Below are positions 61,787 through 64,000 of a stretch of DNA of 64,000 nt, one piece after another (within the stretch, counting starts at the first letter, position 1; each line of letters begins with the position of its first letter). The stretch covers positions 4,992,001 through 5,056,000 of the forward strand of contig CM000154.2 of assembly GCA_000004695.1 (NCBI GenBank), written 5' to 3'. The DNA comes from Dictyostelium discoideum (lineage: Eukaryota). The notes under the pieces are model-generated. The model was not told the DNA's origin and ran no database searches. It saw only the letters and a program-made list of their open reading frames with translations. A program made the translations under genes and the position numbers.

Positions 61787-61904
61787 TTACAGAATCATTT
61801 GATTTTTCAATTTCTACAGGTTTAATACATATTTGTGAAGGAACAATATAATCAAACTCTGTTAATTTTAAAACTGATGAAAATTTATCCTCTCCTTTAC
61901 TCAT
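60148..61904 (-). CDS. Cytosolic Fe-S assembly factor NARFL/Nar1 (iron-hydrogenase-like). Exons 61904..61791, 61710..61411 and 61302..60151, about 522 aa.
   Basis: N-terminus LKLTEFDYIVPSQICIKPVEIEK, then LNDCLACSGCITSAESVLI...SPQSRASLA matches NARFL ([24 protein letters not shown] ... LNDCLACSGCITSAETVLI ... SPQSRASLA). Later [20 protein letters not shown] and MACPSGCINGGGQ. Introns GTAAGT to AATAG and GTAAGA to TTTAG, phase 0. Confidence 0.8.
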
Positions 61905-61988
61905 TTTCTTTTTTGTAAAGTTTTATAATGTTGGGAAAAATTAAAATGAAAAAATTAAAAAAATTAAAAAAAAATAAATAAAACTAAG

Positions 61989-62036
<48 letters not shown>

Positions 62037-62415
62037 CAGATTCTTTTTTTGGATTCGTTTTGTGTTTTTTTTTTAATTTTTTTTTTAATTAATTAGTTTT
62101 TTTTTTGATTTTCGTTGACAAAAAAAATTAAAAAAATAAAATTTTATGGATATTCATTTCCCAATTTATGGTAGCAAAAAAAAAAAAAAAAAAATTAAAA
62201 AAAAAAGGTAACTATTTTGGAATTGGGGTATACTAAATCCATATTAAAATTAAATGAAATTGAATTATTGTTTAAAAAAAAAAAAAATAAAATAAAATAA
62301 AAAAAAAAGTGAAAATATTTTTTTATTTTTTTTTTATTTTTCGTTTTTAAAGCGAAAATCTTTTTTTTTTTTTTTTTTTTTTTTATTATTGTTTTTAAAA
62401 AAAAAAAAAAAAAAA

Positions 62416-63549
62416 ATGATGTCAAATATTTTAAAACAAATTAATAAAACCAATTACTTTAAAGTATTACAAAGTAATGTTTTAAATAAAACTAGATTAT
62501 ATACAACCTCAAGATTTAATAATGAAAAAAATGAAGAGTCAAAAGGATTTCAATTCAAAAGTGAAAAAGTGAAAAATGAAAATAATAATAATAATAAAAA
62601 AAATAATAAAAATAATAATAATAATATAATAATTTATAGTTTTTCAATTGGTGGAATTTTTAATTCTTTAGGAAATAATAATAAAAATGAAGAAATTGAA
62701 AACCCATATGGTAATATTTCAAATAGAATTATTGGTAAGAATATAGAAACATTTGAAGAAGCCTTAGATTGGTATACTCGTTATTATATTCAACCAGAAC
62801 CAGAGCAATTTTTAGTTGCAATGAAATTATTATTAGGTAAACAATCTAAAACATTTGTAAGACAACAATTGAATAATATTAAAGAGGAATCAGATATGAA
62901 ATCCATTGCAAGAATTTCAACTATTCAATCATTTTATTATTTACCATTGGTTGGTTTTATGATTGAAATGTTTAGACAAAATCCAAAACAAGTTGAAAAA
63001 TGGTACAAAGAGTTAACAAGTGATAAGGAGATTTCAACACCAATAAAGAGTGGATTAGGTGATTTGGATGCTGTTATGTTGATTAATTTAGCTGTACTTT
63101 TAGCTGAAACTCCAACTACCATTGCATTGGAATCTAAAATATTATCAAACTATTACAATGATAAAGATACCGCAGAATCAAAGAAATTAAAAGCTGAAAA
63201 GTTTAAAGGTTGGGCTGTAGCTCAAAAGAAATCAATCTCATCTTTACCTTTAATTCTCATTGGTGAATATTTCGCTTCTGGTAAGGAGGATCTCGTTAAA
63301 CAAGTATCTTCCATTTGGAGAAGTTCTTTAGATAACTTGGAAGTTATGGGAATTCAAAATACTGAACAAGCAAATACTCAAAATAATGTTGCAAAACGTT
63401 TAGAATTTCAAAATCGTGAATTAATCATTGAACAATTAAATCAAGCAATTCGTCTTTTATCAAAAGATCAACGTGCTCTTAATGTTTTAAAAACTGAAGT
63501 TGAACATCAAATTAAAGAAAAAGAAGAAAGAATTAAACAATATAAATAA
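62416..63549 (+). CDS. Hypothetical protein, about 377 aa, with a presequence-like N-terminus that may be mitochondrial.
   Basis: ORF 62389..63549 has its true ATG at 62416 (MMSNILKQINKTNYFKVLQSNVLNKTRLYTTSRF). No family motif recognised. Confidence 0.45.
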   Translation: MMSNILKQINKTNYFKVLQSNVLNKTRLYTTSRFNNEKNEESKGFQFKSEKVKNENNNNNKKNNKNNNNNIIIYSFSIGGIFNSLGNNNKNEEIENPYGNISNRIIGKNIETFEEALDWYTRYYIQPEPEQFLVAMKLLLGKQSKTFVRQQLNNIKEESDMKSIARISTIQSFYYLPLVGFMIEMFRQNPKQVEKWYKELTSDKEISTPIKSGLGDLDAVMLINLAVLLAETPTTIALESKILSNYYNDKDTAESKKLKAEKFKGWAVAQKKSISSLPLILIGEYFASGKEDLVKQVSSIWRSSLDNLEVMGIQNTEQANTQNNVAKRLEFQNRELIIEQLNQAIRLLSKDQRALNVLKTEVEHQIKEKEERIKQYK

Positions 63550-64000
63550 ATTAATTAATTATTAAAAAAAAATAAAGAAAAAAATAAATTTATTTTTATT
63601 TTTTAGATTTTTTTTTTTTTTTTTTTTTTAATTATATTTGTTTCAAATAAAAAAATAAAAAAAAAAAAAAAAAAAAAAAATTAAAAGATGCCTTTTCAAT
63701 ATTGCAAAGAAAAAAAAAAATTAAAAATTAAATTTGGTAATAAAAACTTTTTTTTTTTTTGGAATTTTCGACTTTTAAAGTAAGTGATTTTTTTTTTTTT
63801 TTTATAAGCAAAATGATTGAATCTTTTATTTTCTATTAAAATTAACAAAATAAAATAAACAACTTAATTTTGTTAAAATTATTAGAAAAAATTGCTTATA
63901 ATAAGGTTGTAAGTTTTTTTTTTTTTTTTTTTTTGGTTTTGGTCACCTAAAAAAAAAGTATAAATAAAAAAAAAAAAAATTAAAAATTTAAAAAAAAAAA

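Overview
This window is almost certainly nuclear DNA of a dictyostelid social amoeba, most consistent with Dictyostelium discoideum. The evidence is roughly 75-80% A+T overall and poly(A)/poly(T) intergenic tracts. Asn, Gln and Thr homopolymer runs sit inside otherwise well-conserved proteins, encoded by (AAT)n and (CAA)n. Introns are short (about 70-170 nt), AT-rich, and mostly bounded by GTAAGT/GTATGT and (T)nAG. There are no prokaryotic features: no operons, no Shine-Dalgarno spacing, no CRISPR. I saw no rRNA or tRNA genes and no recognisable transposon coding sequences, and I am less sure about tRNAs because I could only eyeball for T-loop-like motifs. The window is gene-dense, with about 26 protein-coding genes on both strands. 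I reconstructed exon-intron models by hand by joining ORF-track pieces. Genes I recognise from conserved motifs are:
- Vps33 (Sec1 family)
- a three-domain saposin-B-like secreted protein
- a Misato/DML1 homolog
- a GAPVD1/RME-6-like protein (RasGAP plus VPS9)
- a cytochrome P450
- the homeobox plus ankyrin-repeat protein Wariai (the model gives exactly 803 aa)
- the EF-hand NADPH oxidase NoxC (four exons sum to exactly 1142 aa)
- a six-segment gelsolin-related protein of 1087 aa
- NDUFA6 (LYR family)
- a protein with a lectin-like N-terminus, coiled coil and two SH3 domains
- a Wee1/Myt1-family kinase
- a centromeric histone H3 variant (CenH3-like) with a roughly 500 aa disordered N-terminus and a pure poly-Glu tract
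- phytochelatin synthase
- a secreted SLT/goose-type-lysozyme-like protein
- a ZnT5/SLC30A5-like zinc transporter (five exons)
- MsrB
- a BTB-BACK protein
- NARFL/Nar1 (iron-hydrogenase-like)
There are also several hypothetical proteins and two tandem small secreted proteins. The main non-coding features are long (ATT)n/(AAT)n microsatellites, both coding poly-Asn and intronic, and a (GAA)n poly-Glu tract. A 3.8 kb gene-free region between two divergent genes carries (GT)n/(CA)n islands resembling Dictyostelium G-box/CA-rich developmental enhancers. All functional calls rest on remembered family motifs; no database search was possible.
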